A DNA stretch of 64,000 nt from a virus (IMGVR_UViG_2595698755_000001:96001-160000); one strand, 5' to 3'. Shown: positions 52,308 to 58,653, numbered from the stretch's first letter. Program-made: numbers and translations. Notes: generated by a model not told the origin, from the letters alone.

Positions 52308-52475
52308 GTTCCTCCCTCGATGTGGACTCTTAGGAAGAACGGGTTGTGAGAGTAAGACATTGCGAACTCTTAGTTTTTGCCAAGAGTTATTAGGTGAGGT
52401 ATCTGGGATTACTTAACCCACTATGGGCTTCTCTGCCCTGTGAGCCTTTCATTCCTACCTCGTTCCCCTTACGGG
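52308..52475 (-). ncRNA. Unassigned GC-rich multi-hairpin RNA
   Basis: Several stems, including a GAGGTA/TACCTC-closed junction and CCC-GTAA-GGG; no credible ORF. Confidence 0.45.
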
Positions 52476-52486
52476 TTATAATTAAC

Positions 52487-52546
52487 TAGACACTATACTT
52501 TTATCACCATTGATTGTCGTAAGTATGTATTTGCTGTGTGTGTCTA
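52487..52546 (-). ncRNA. ACAGC-stem RNA element copy 3 (minimal, at transcript 5' end)
   Basis: TAGACAC-ACACAGCAAATAC-ATACTT...AAGTAT-A-GTGTCTA. Confidence 0.7.
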
Positions 52547-52554
52547 CATTTATT

Positions 52555-52583
52555 ATTATACCATTATCTTTTACTTTTGTCAA
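52555..52583 (-). promoter_or_regulatory. sigmaA promoter for the ncRNA/DUF2828 unit
   Basis: TTGACA-N17-TATAAT with extended TG; predicted TSS about 52548. Confidence 0.82.
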
Positions 52584-52616
52584 CAATTTCTGTTACATTC
52601 TATAAAAGATTTTTGA

Positions 52617-52689
52617 CACCCCAGAAAGGATTCGAACCTTCAACCTTGTGGGTAGAAACCACCTGCACATCCAATTGTGCTTCTGAGGT
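52617..52689 (-). tRNA. trnR: tRNA-Arg(TCT)
   Basis: Cloverleaf; anticodon loop TTTCTAC; GGTTCGAATCC. Confidence 0.85.
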
Positions 52690-52694
52690 ATGAA

Positions 52695-52767
52695 CATCCC
52701 TATCTGGATTCGAACCAGAATTAAAAGCTTCGTAGGCTTTCGTGTTAATCCATTACACTATAGAGAT
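52695..52767 (-). tRNA. trnR: tRNA-Arg(ACG)
   Basis: AAAGC-CTACGAA-GCTTT anticodon arm. Confidence 0.9.
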
Positions 52768-52773
52768 AAAGAG

Positions 52774-52845
52774 TGTGGTATATCGGATTCGAACCGATGT
52801 CTCATGGTTGGAAGCCACAAATCATAACCCCTAGACCAATACCAC
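52774..52845 (-). tRNA. trnG: tRNA-Gly(TCC)
   Basis: TGTGG-CTTCCAA-CCATG. Confidence 0.88.
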
Positions 52846-52853
52846 ATAATATA

Positions 52854-52938
52854 AGGAGAGTAAGGGATTCGAACCCTTGGAAGTTTTACCTCCACTTGGT
52901 TAGCAACCAAGCACAATAAGCCACTCTGACAACTCTCC
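52854..52938 (-). tRNA. trnS: tRNA-Ser(GCT)
   Basis: CTTGG-TTGCTAA-CCAAG; long variable arm. Confidence 0.9.
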
Positions 52939-52946
52939 ATAAAATA

Positions 52947-53032
52947 AGGAAGGTAGCGGACTCGAACCCCTAGACCATTGCTGACCACTAGTTTTCAAGA
53001 CTAGCTAGCACTACCGATATGCAAGACCTTCC
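52947..53032 (-). tRNA. trnS: tRNA-Ser(TGA)
   Basis: CTAGT-CTTGAAA-ACTAG; long variable arm; atypical D arm. Confidence 0.8.
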
Positions 53033-53039
53033 ATAAAAC

Positions 53040-53124
53040 TAGGCACTTTGTAGGGAATTGAACCCTTTATACATTCTTCTGAGTGATTGTATTCATACCA
53101 AAGTATATTAGCTGTGTGTGCCTA
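53040..53124 (-). ncRNA. ACAGC-stem RNA element copy 4, with T-arm
   Basis: TAGGCAC-ACACAGCTAAT...AGGG-TTCAATT-CCCT-ACAAA-GTGCCTA. Confidence 0.7.
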
Positions 53125-53127
53125 AAA

Positions 53128-53199
53128 TGCAGGTTGAGGGAATCGAACCCCCGATTATCGCTTACAAGGCGATTGTTATAGCCCCTTAACTAAACCTGC
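53128..53199 (-). tRNA. trnT: tRNA-Thr(TGT)
   Basis: ATCGC-CTTGTAA-GCGAT. Confidence 0.9.
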
Positions 53200-53200
53200 G

Positions 53201-53274
53201 TGGTGGAGGATAAGGGAGTCGAACCCTTGACTATGGCTTGCAAAGCCATTGTTTTCCCACTAAACTAATCCCCC
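53201..53274 (-). tRNA. trnA: tRNA-Ala(TGC)
   Basis: ATGGC-TTTGCAA-GCCAT; G3:U70; encoded CCA. Confidence 0.92.
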
Positions 53275-53279
53275 GAAAG

Positions 53280-53352
53280 TGCGGGTAGCAGGACTCGAAC
53301 CTGCGACATCTAGCTTCCAAAGCCAGTAGGCTACCAACTGCCCCATACCCAC
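53280..53352 (-). tRNA. trnP: tRNA-Pro(TGG)
   Basis: CTGGC-TTTGGAA-GCTAG. Confidence 0.88.
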
Positions 53353-53364
53353 ATATTAAGATGA

Positions 53365-53447
53365 TACAGAAGGAGGGACTCGAACCCTCACGCCACTAGG
53401 ACAGCAGATTCTAAATCTGCCAAGTCTACCAATTCCATCACTCCTGC
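53365..53447 (-). tRNA. trnL: tRNA-Leu(TAG)
   Basis: GCAGA-TTTAGAA-TCTGC; long variable arm. Confidence 0.9.
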
Positions 53448-53451
53448 ATAA

Positions 53452-53537
53452 TGGTGGGGCAGATAGGATTCGAACCTACTAAGCCGATGGCAGTGGATTT
53501 ACAGTCCACCGTAACTCTCCAACGTTACCGCTACCCC
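53452..53537 (-). tRNA. trnY: tRNA-Tyr(GTA)
   Basis: GTGGA-CTGTAAA-TCCAC; encoded CCA. Confidence 0.92.
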
Positions 53538-53546
53538 ATATTTAGA

Positions 53547-53617
53547 TGGTGGATGGAAGAATCGAACTTCCGTTTATCGGTTATCAGCCGATTGTATTAC
53601 CTCTATACGAATCCACC
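53547..53617 (-). tRNA. trnI: tRNA-Ile(GAT)
   Basis: ATCGG-CTGATAA-CCGAT. Confidence 0.88.
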
Positions 53618-53643
53618 AGATTGAGAGATGACCAGTCTCTCAC

Positions 53644-53766
53644 AAGACACAAACTTTTGTGCTCCCACTACACCACATCCCTTAGGTCTTAGGATGGTGA
53701 GGAATCGAACCTCACGCCACTACATTGATTGGTTAGTTAGTTGTATGTATTTGCTGTACGTGTCTT
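53644..53766 (-). ncRNA. ACAGC-stem RNA element copy 5: YrlA-like RNA with circularly permuted tRNA domain
   Basis: AAGACAC-GTACAGCAAAT...T arm GTGAGG-TTCGATT-CCTCAC, loop-closed acceptor CATCCT/GGGATG, D arm TG-GTGT-AGTGGGA-GCAC...GTGTCTT. Confidence 0.78.
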
Positions 53767-53772
53767 TATTAA

Positions 53773-53844
53773 TAGCGCATACGGGACTCGAACCCGTTAC
53801 TGTAGCGTGAAAGGCTACCGTCTTAACCCATTGACCAATGCGCC
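53773..53844 (-). tRNA. trnE: tRNA-Glu(TTC)
   Basis: GTAGC-CTTTCAC-GCTAC. Confidence 0.9.
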
Positions 53845-53853
53845 ATGATATTT

Positions 53854-53930
53854 TGGAAGGACTAACCAGATTCGAACTGGCGATTGTCTGGGTTGCAACC
53901 AGATGTGTTTGTCCACTTCACCATAGCCCT
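53854..53930 (-). tRNA. trnC: tRNA-Cys(GCA)
   Basis: TCTGG-TTGCAAC-CCAGA; U73 followed by CCA. Confidence 0.9.
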
Positions 53931-53937
53931 TATAATA

Positions 53938-54009
53938 TGGCTCCCGTTGGTATCGAACCAACCTCCAAGGATTTTCAGTCCTTTGCTAATCCATCTCAGC
54001 TAGAGAGCC
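53938..54009 (-). tRNA. trnF: tRNA-Phe(GAA)
   Basis: AAGGA-CTGAAAA-TCCTT. Confidence 0.9.
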
Positions 54010-54013
54010 ATGA

Positions 54014-54086
54014 TTACGGTGGTGGGAATCGAACCCACTATCTCTTGGTTATGAGCCAAGCAACTTAGCCGTTTGTCCTCACCGCA
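54014..54086 (-). tRNA. trnM: tRNA-Met(CAT) (initiator/elongator/Ile2 identity uncertain)
   Basis: CTTGG-CTCATAA-CCAAG. Confidence 0.8.
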
Positions 54087-54137
54087 TTAATATGAATGAA
54101 AGCTTCTTTTAGAGTTGAAACTGACCAACATTCTCTA

Positions 54138-54210
54138 TCAGCATGGAGGGAATCGAACCCTCATTCGTGGATTCACAGTCCACTGCGTTAAGCCATTACG
54201 CCACACACTG
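54138..54210 (-). tRNA. trnH: tRNA-His(GTG), atypical acceptor end
   Basis: GTGGA-CTGTGAA-TCCAC; C at -1 and A73. Confidence 0.85.
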
Positions 54211-54270
54211 GAAACTAAATACTAATATCTAAGACTAATATTTAGTTTCCAAAGAATGGAATAAAGATGA

Positions 54271-54344
54271 CTTCCGAGGAAGGCTTCGAACCTCCAAACC
54301 CTAGCTTCAAAGGCTAGTGACTTTACCAGTTTGTCTACTCGGAA
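54271..54344 (-). tRNA. trnQ: tRNA-Gln(TTG)
   Basis: CTAGC-CTTTGAA-GCTAG. Confidence 0.88.
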
Positions 54345-54355
54345 ATAATAGGATA

Positions 54356-54426
54356 TGTGGAATAAGGGAATCGAACCCTTGACCTCTGAATGGCAATCAG
54401 AAATTTTACCTCTAAACTAATTCCAC
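54356..54426 (-). tRNA. trnG: tRNA-Gly(GCC)
   Basis: TCTGA-TTGCCAT-TCAGA. Confidence 0.88.
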
Positions 54427-54427
54427 A

Positions 54428-54501
54428 TGGCATACCCTCTAGGATTTGAACCCAGACTAGAAGTTTTGGAGACTCCTGTGCTACCATTACACTAAGGGTA
54501 T
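54428..54501 (-). tRNA. trnW: tRNA-Trp(CCA)
   Basis: GGAGT-CTCCAAA-ACTTC; encoded CCA. Confidence 0.9.
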
Positions 54502-54502
54502 A

Positions 54503-54576
54503 TGGCGACCCGTAGGGGAATCGAACCCCTAACTCTGCATAGACAGTGCAGTATTTTTCCTTTAAACTAACGAGCC
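54503..54576 (-). tRNA. trnD: tRNA-Asp(GTC)
   Basis: CTGCA-CTGTCTA-TGCAG; G73 followed by CCA. Confidence 0.9.
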
Positions 54577-54578
54577 AT

Positions 54579-54653
54579 TGGCTGGGGTGATAGGAATTGA
54601 ACCTACACTCTTTCGGTTAACAGCCGACTGCTTTACCTTTAAGCTACACCCCA
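54579..54653 (-). tRNA. trnN: tRNA-Asn(GTT)
   Basis: GTCGG-CTGTTAA-CCGAA; encoded CCA. Confidence 0.9.
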
Positions 54654-54659
54654 ATATTC

Positions 54660-54708
54660 TAGACACTCAACTTTATTATCCAAAAGTTGTAATCGCTGTA
54701 TGTGTCTA
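54660..54708 (-). ncRNA. ACAGC-stem RNA element copy 6 (minimal, first unit of the tRNA operon)
   Basis: TAGACAC-ATACAGCGATTA-CAACTTT-loop-AAAGTTG-A-GTGTCTA. Confidence 0.7.
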
Positions 54709-54734
54709 AGTAGGTTTCTCAACCTTATAATACT

Positions 54735-54763
54735 ATTATATCATAATCTTTTGTGTTTGTCAA
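54735..54763 (-). promoter_or_regulatory. sigmaA promoter of tRNA operon (P2)
   Basis: TTGACA-N17-TATAAT with extended TG. Confidence 0.82.
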
Positions 54764-54844
54764 GTAAATATGTTACATACTTGAAAACTTTTTTTTGAAG
54801 TTAAGTGGCGGTTTGATTACAACGTCACCACTTAACTTATACTA

Positions 54845-54873
54845 AGTATACCATTATCTCTGATGTTTGTCAA
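54845..54873 (-). promoter_or_regulatory. sigmaA promoter upstream of tRNA operon (P1)
   Basis: TTGACA-N17-TATACT with extended TG. Confidence 0.75.
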
Positions 54874-54901
54874 CAATATATCTTAGATTATTTAAAACTT
54901 T

Positions 54902-56137
54902 TTACATTAGGTCAGCAATGTCTGCTACACGACTTCTATGTACTCGTTGAAGTTCAACTTCTCCGAATAGGTCTAGACCTCGGAATACCTCTGACATACG
55001 CTTCATACCATTGTTAGAAGAATATGCATCTCGGTCAACCTGTGCGAAGTAATCACCGTCTACAACAACCTTAGTATTCTCTGAGATACGTTGTAGTCCC
55101 AGTTTCATTAGGTCTGCTGTTAAGTTCTGTGCTTCTAGAATCCATACGATTGTTTTGTTATCGCCTGTGTCGAAACCACGTAGGTCTACGAATGGAAGGA
55201 TGTCTAGTTTTTGGTCAAAGATTTGCGCTAAGATTTCTTCCTCGCCACCAAACTTAGATTTAAGCATTGTACCAACTGCTGACTGCATTAACTTCTCCAT
55301 ACGGTCACCTTTGTAGAATCCAAGTTCTTGTGCTTCACGTAGAGGTGTTGGGTTAACAAACATTACTAGTTTGTATCCTTCTTCTTCAACCATTCTCCAA
55401 GCAGTGTTCAGAGTGATTAATGATTTACCACTACCTGCACGACCACGAAGGATTGTTAACTGGTTACTTCTGATTGAATCAATTGCCATGATTTGATGCT
55501 CATCGAATGGCTTGAATTTACCGAATTGATTTGTTCTAAATTCAGCACCTAGTTTGCCTTGTACATCACGTAATGATTTTGTAGTTGTCCCAGTCCATTT
55601 TACGATGTCAAGTAACTCATCATCCACACGATTATTTACGATAGCGTATTCATTAATCATTAAACCAAAATGGTTGTGCTCTGGAGTTTCCATCATTCTA
55701 TTATATCCTGTCTCTGACATTGCAAATTCTTGGAATCCCTTATTGTCAACGAAATTACTGTCATCCATTTTCTGGATAGTGATATTGTATAACTTACATT
55801 TCTCTTTTAGTAAACGGTCATTAGTAATCATTCCATAACCATTATCTACAGCTACTTGAAGCAGGATGTTGTCTACATATTGTGAGTCAAATCCATCTTC
55901 TTCTTTTTCTAAAGAAAACTTGTAATCTTTAATGTCAATGTATACATGAGGGTTGTCTTCATTTTCATCAAGGAATTTTTTAAGTCTACGAATCTCAAAT
56001 TGTAAAGTTCTGTCACTCTTACGTTTAAGTTCAAGTTGTTCAATCTCTCTTAACACATGTGAAGGAATCACACAATCAAAATCGAAAACAACTTCTGGTT
56101 TTCTTAGTAATGCATTTGTATCTACAACAAATTTCAT
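54902..56137 (-). CDS. phoH: PIN-PhoH protein (YlaK/PhoH2-like)
   Basis: N-terminal PIN (VVDTN, VLREIE, DN.LL, ITNDR) plus GRAGSGKS, LGFYKG, LRG, EAQN, DGD..QVD, HRSRVA. Confidence 0.9.
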   Translation of the reverse strand: MKFVVDTNALLRKPEVVFDFDCVIPSHVLREIEQLELKRKSDRTLQFEIRRLKKFLDENEDNPHVYIDIKDYKFSLEKEEDGFDSQYVDNILLQVAVDNGYGMITNDRLLKEKCKLYNITIQKMDDSNFVDNKGFQEFAMSETGYNRMMETPEHNHFGLMINEYAIVNNRVDDELLDIVKWTGTTTKSLRDVQGKLGAEFRTNQFGKFKPFDEHQIMAIDSIRSNQLTILRGRAGSGKSLITLNTAWRMVEEEGYKLVMFVNPTPLREAQELGFYKGDRMEKLMQSAVGTMLKSKFGGEEEILAQIFDQKLDILPFVDLRGFDTGDNKTIVWILEAQNLTADLMKLGLQRISENTKVVVDGDYFAQVDRDAYSSNNGMKRMSEVFRGLDLFGEVELQRVHRSRVADIADLM

Positions 56138-56157
56138 ATTAATCTCTCCCTAGATTA

Positions 56158-56454
56158 TCATTTGATTTTTTTTAATCCATCTTTAAGTTTTTTTGAAGGT
56201 TCTAGTCCGACTTTGTGATAGTCCTTACTGTGCATAATTTCACCAGTTTGAGGATGTCTCATTCGTCTTCCTTTTGCTTTGCGGATATCCAAAGTGAATA
56301 ACCCCATAACTTTCAACTTACCATATTGTAGTAATCCTTTTACCATATGGTCTACTGCAACTTTTACAATTACTTTTACTTCACTTTTTCTTATCTTCAA
56401 CTCTCGTACACGTTCGTCCTTCCAGACTTCATGAATTAATTCTGTTAAGTTCAA
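56158..56454 (-). CDS. HU/IHF-family DNA-binding protein
   Basis: GKLKVMGLFTLDIRKAKGRRMRHPQTGEIM...PSKKLKD; TTG start after GAAGGGG. Confidence 0.85.
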   Translation of the reverse strand: MNLTELIHEVWKDERVRELKIRKSEVKVIVKVAVDHMVKGLLQYGKLKVMGLFTLDIRKAKGRRMRHPQTGEIMHSKDYHKVGLEPSKKLKDGLKKIK

Positions 56455-56467
56455 TACTTTCACCCCT

Positions 56468-56764
56468 TCAAACTCTGATATTAATAAATTGTGGTTCAAT
56501 ATAATCATAATTTTGATTATAGAATTTCAAGTCACCAGTCTTAGCAACCACTACCAATACTTGTTCCATGTAAGCTTCATTAGTGTATTCATCAACCGTA
56601 CCTGCTTTGTTATAAACCTTGTATTCATCAACACTATCATGGATGACTAATTTCAGATTCATAAACGTAAATTCATTATCTGTATTAACGTATCGCCATT
56701 CGGATTTGATTGAGTTTGAGATAATGGCTGTGCTTCTTTCTAATCGTGTAAGCTTTTTACCCAT
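56468..56764 (-). CDS. Hypothetical protein
   Basis: Translationally coupled ORF. Confidence 0.6.
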   Translation of the reverse strand: MGKKLTRLERSTAIISNSIKSEWRYVNTDNEFTFMNLKLVIHDSVDEYKVYNKAGTVDEYTNEAYMEQVLVVVAKTGDLKFYNQNYDYIEPQFINIRV

Positions 56765-57120
56765 TACTCTGCACCTCTCTCACCAAATAATAATTCATGC
56801 TGTTCTTTTGATAAATCTGAAAAGTTAATTTGCTTACTTGTCTTTTTCATTTTAGACATTTTTTCTAATTTCTTACGGGATAGAATCTCTTTATCTTCCA
56901 AACCCTTTTGGTCTTCTTCTTTATGCCAGACTAGATAATTAGCTAACGAGTCTAAAAAATACTTTACCGAATTACTGTGCCAATTGAGCCTAAGTACGTG
57001 CATCCACGTTTCGGTCAAATCTTCAACAATTTTCTTTTTCTCTTCAATGGAGATATTCTCATCGAGCGTTTTCTGTTTCCCATCGGGTAGCTGAATCTTC
57101 ATTGTTGCCATTCCCTTCAC
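56764..57120 (-). CDS. Hypothetical protein
   Basis: 118-aa ORF in operon. Confidence 0.65.
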   Translation of the reverse strand: MKGMATMKIQLPDGKQKTLDENISIEEKKKIVEDLTETWMHVLRLNWHSNSVKYFLDSLANYLVWHKEEDQKGLEDKEILSRKKLEKMSKMKKTSKQINFSDLSKEQHELLFGERGAE

Positions 57121-57176
57121 TATATCGCTCCATTAACTTTGTATGTATTGTCTTCATCCGTACAACCTTCTTTCTT

Positions 57177-57605
57177 TTATTTTAATATTAATCCGTTGTT
57201 CCCAACTGTATAGTACCAAAGTTCATTATTTGCATTTACTACTCGTTCTACGATTCTTTCAAACATTCTATGTACTACTCTACGATGTTGTCCTAGCATT
57301 TCTGACACATCGACTAATGAATTTCCTTCATACAACAAATGTAAAAGATTCAATTGCTTCTTAGTAAGGGAAGCTTCCTCTGTAGTTTTGTCCAATGATG
57401 CATATAACACTATTAACTCTTGATTAAAGTCAAAGGTGTCACCTGCTTGATTCATTTGAATGTTTGTATTTGCACCATAGGTCTTATCAACTTTGCTTCT
57501 ATACAGGATAAGGTATTTTACTACATTCTCATCGGAAAGAGTTAGATGTTCAAACTCTCGTTCCTTCTTTTTTGTATCTATTGCTACAGACCCCAACCCA
57601 TTCAC
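57177..57605 (-). CDS. Sigma70 region-4-like HTH protein
   Basis: LTKKQ.NLL.L.Y.EG.S..DVSEMLG..R..V......I.ERV. Confidence 0.65.
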   Translation of the reverse strand: MNGLGSVAIDTKKKEREFEHLTLSDENVVKYLILYRSKVDKTYGANTNIQMNQAGDTFDFNQELIVLYASLDKTTEEASLTKKQLNLLHLLYEGNSLVDVSEMLGQHRRVVHRMFERIVERVVNANNELWYYTVGNNGLILK

Positions 57606-57647
57606 CGCCTATCCTATATGTAAGGTAACGTATTACCTTATAATATT

Positions 57648-57676
57648 ATTATACCATTATTTTTTGCATTTGTCAA
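57648..57676 (-). promoter_or_regulatory. sigmaA promoter (leftward of divergent pair)
   Basis: TTGACA-N17-TATAAT with extended TG. Confidence 0.78.
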
Positions 57677-57717
57677 AAAAGTATGCTATATACAGATAAA
57701 GAATATGAGAGATTTCA

Positions 57718-57775
57718 TTGACAAGCACGAGAAATTATGATATCCTATACTTTAAGCAGGTTGCTTAACCGAATA
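57718..57775 (+). promoter_or_regulatory. Rightward promoter with operator-like copy of the origin repeat
   Basis: TTGACA-N17-TATCCT, then AGCAGGTTGCTTAACCGAA. Confidence 0.6.
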
Positions 57776-57792
57776 ACGAGGGAGATGATAAT

Positions 57793-58629
57793 GTGTATAT
57801 GATTGAGAACTTTAACAACATTCAGAAGTTATATAGTAAACCTTCTGTACAAATCCCAAACTGGATTTTCAGAAGATTAGCAGAAAGCACTAAAGGGAAG
57901 GTGCAAAGAACAAATGTAAAACAATCTTCATTTGCTTATGCTTATGTAGTCACGATTGCGTTTTTATATAAATATACTCACTTTGTGGATTTAGACAATG
58001 GTACATATATCCAGAACAAGGACATTAAACAGATACTTGGATATGACCCATCGACTAAGACAATTGATAAGGTGATTAAAAAAAATGGCATACTCGATGA
58101 AATAGGACTCACGTGTACAACTAAAAATTATCCTGTAACTTTCGAGTATACCACAGAAGAGATTAACGGATTTCCCATTAGAGAGTTTACAACAATTAAC
58201 ATGTTAACTGTTGATGACGTTAATTATAGCAAATACAAAGAAATTGTCAAGAACAGAAACTATACAGTAAAAGAGCCTACGTTCTTCTTCAACAATGATG
58301 GAGATGTAGGAACACTATATAACTACAACAACACCCATACAATAACGTTAGAAGAATTTATGGAGTTTGTCTATAACGATGACCTCAACAATGTAGATTT
58401 CTTCTTGTATGGATTCTTCAAAAGTAAATGTCTAGGTTTGAACAATGATGAACGAGGTATCAGTCAAGCGTTAATCATTTCCGAAATTGGATTATCAACA
58501 GAAACCTTCCACAATCACATAAAGGTATTGGAGAAGAAAGATTACTTGTCAGTCGAAAGAAAAAGGTGGAGATACGATGTAGGAGAAATATTAGAGCCGA
58601 ATATTTATGTCTTTAAAGGTGTTCATTAG
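57793..58629 (+). CDS. Putative winged-helix DNA-binding/replication initiator protein
   Basis: Two wHTH-like regions (ISQALIISEIGLSTETFHNHIKVLEKKDYL...NIY); adjacent to the origin-like element. Confidence 0.5.
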   Translation: MYMIENFNNIQKLYSKPSVQIPNWIFRRLAESTKGKVQRTNVKQSSFAYAYVVTIAFLYKYTHFVDLDNGTYIQNKDIKQILGYDPSTKTIDKVIKKNGILDEIGLTCTTKNYPVTFEYTTEEINGFPIREFTTINMLTVDDVNYSKYKEIVKNRNYTVKEPTFFFNNDGDVGTLYNYNNTHTITLEEFMEFVYNDDLNNVDFFLYGFFKSKCLGLNNDERGISQALIISEIGLSTETFHNHIKVLEKKDYLSVERKRWRYDVGEILEPNIYVFKGVH

Positions 58630-58643
58630 GAGCACCTTTTTTT
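58615..58643 (+). terminator. Intrinsic terminator
   Basis: AAAGGTGTTC-ATTAG-GAGCACCTTT-TTTT. Confidence 0.75.
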
Positions 58644-58653
58644 CTTTTGTTTC

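Noticed and set aside
52420-52450. c-di-GMP-I riboswitch or hammerhead-like words (CACAGGGCA here; GATGA...GAAA near 52225-52243)
   Set aside because: The required conserved cores and stems are incomplete.
52167-54068. Short ORFs in the track (52167, 52758, 53628, 53838)
   Set aside because: They overlap tRNAs or structured RNAs and lack an RBS; spurious.
54088-54137. Possible degenerate tRNA (missing Lys/Val) in the array gap
   Set aside because: Too short, with no T-loop or anticodon arm.
52097-54708. CRISPR-like array interpretation of the repeated GCTGT(A/G)TGTGTCT motif
   Set aside because: Spacing is irregular, the copies are paired stems with covariation interleaved with tRNAs, and no cas genes are present.
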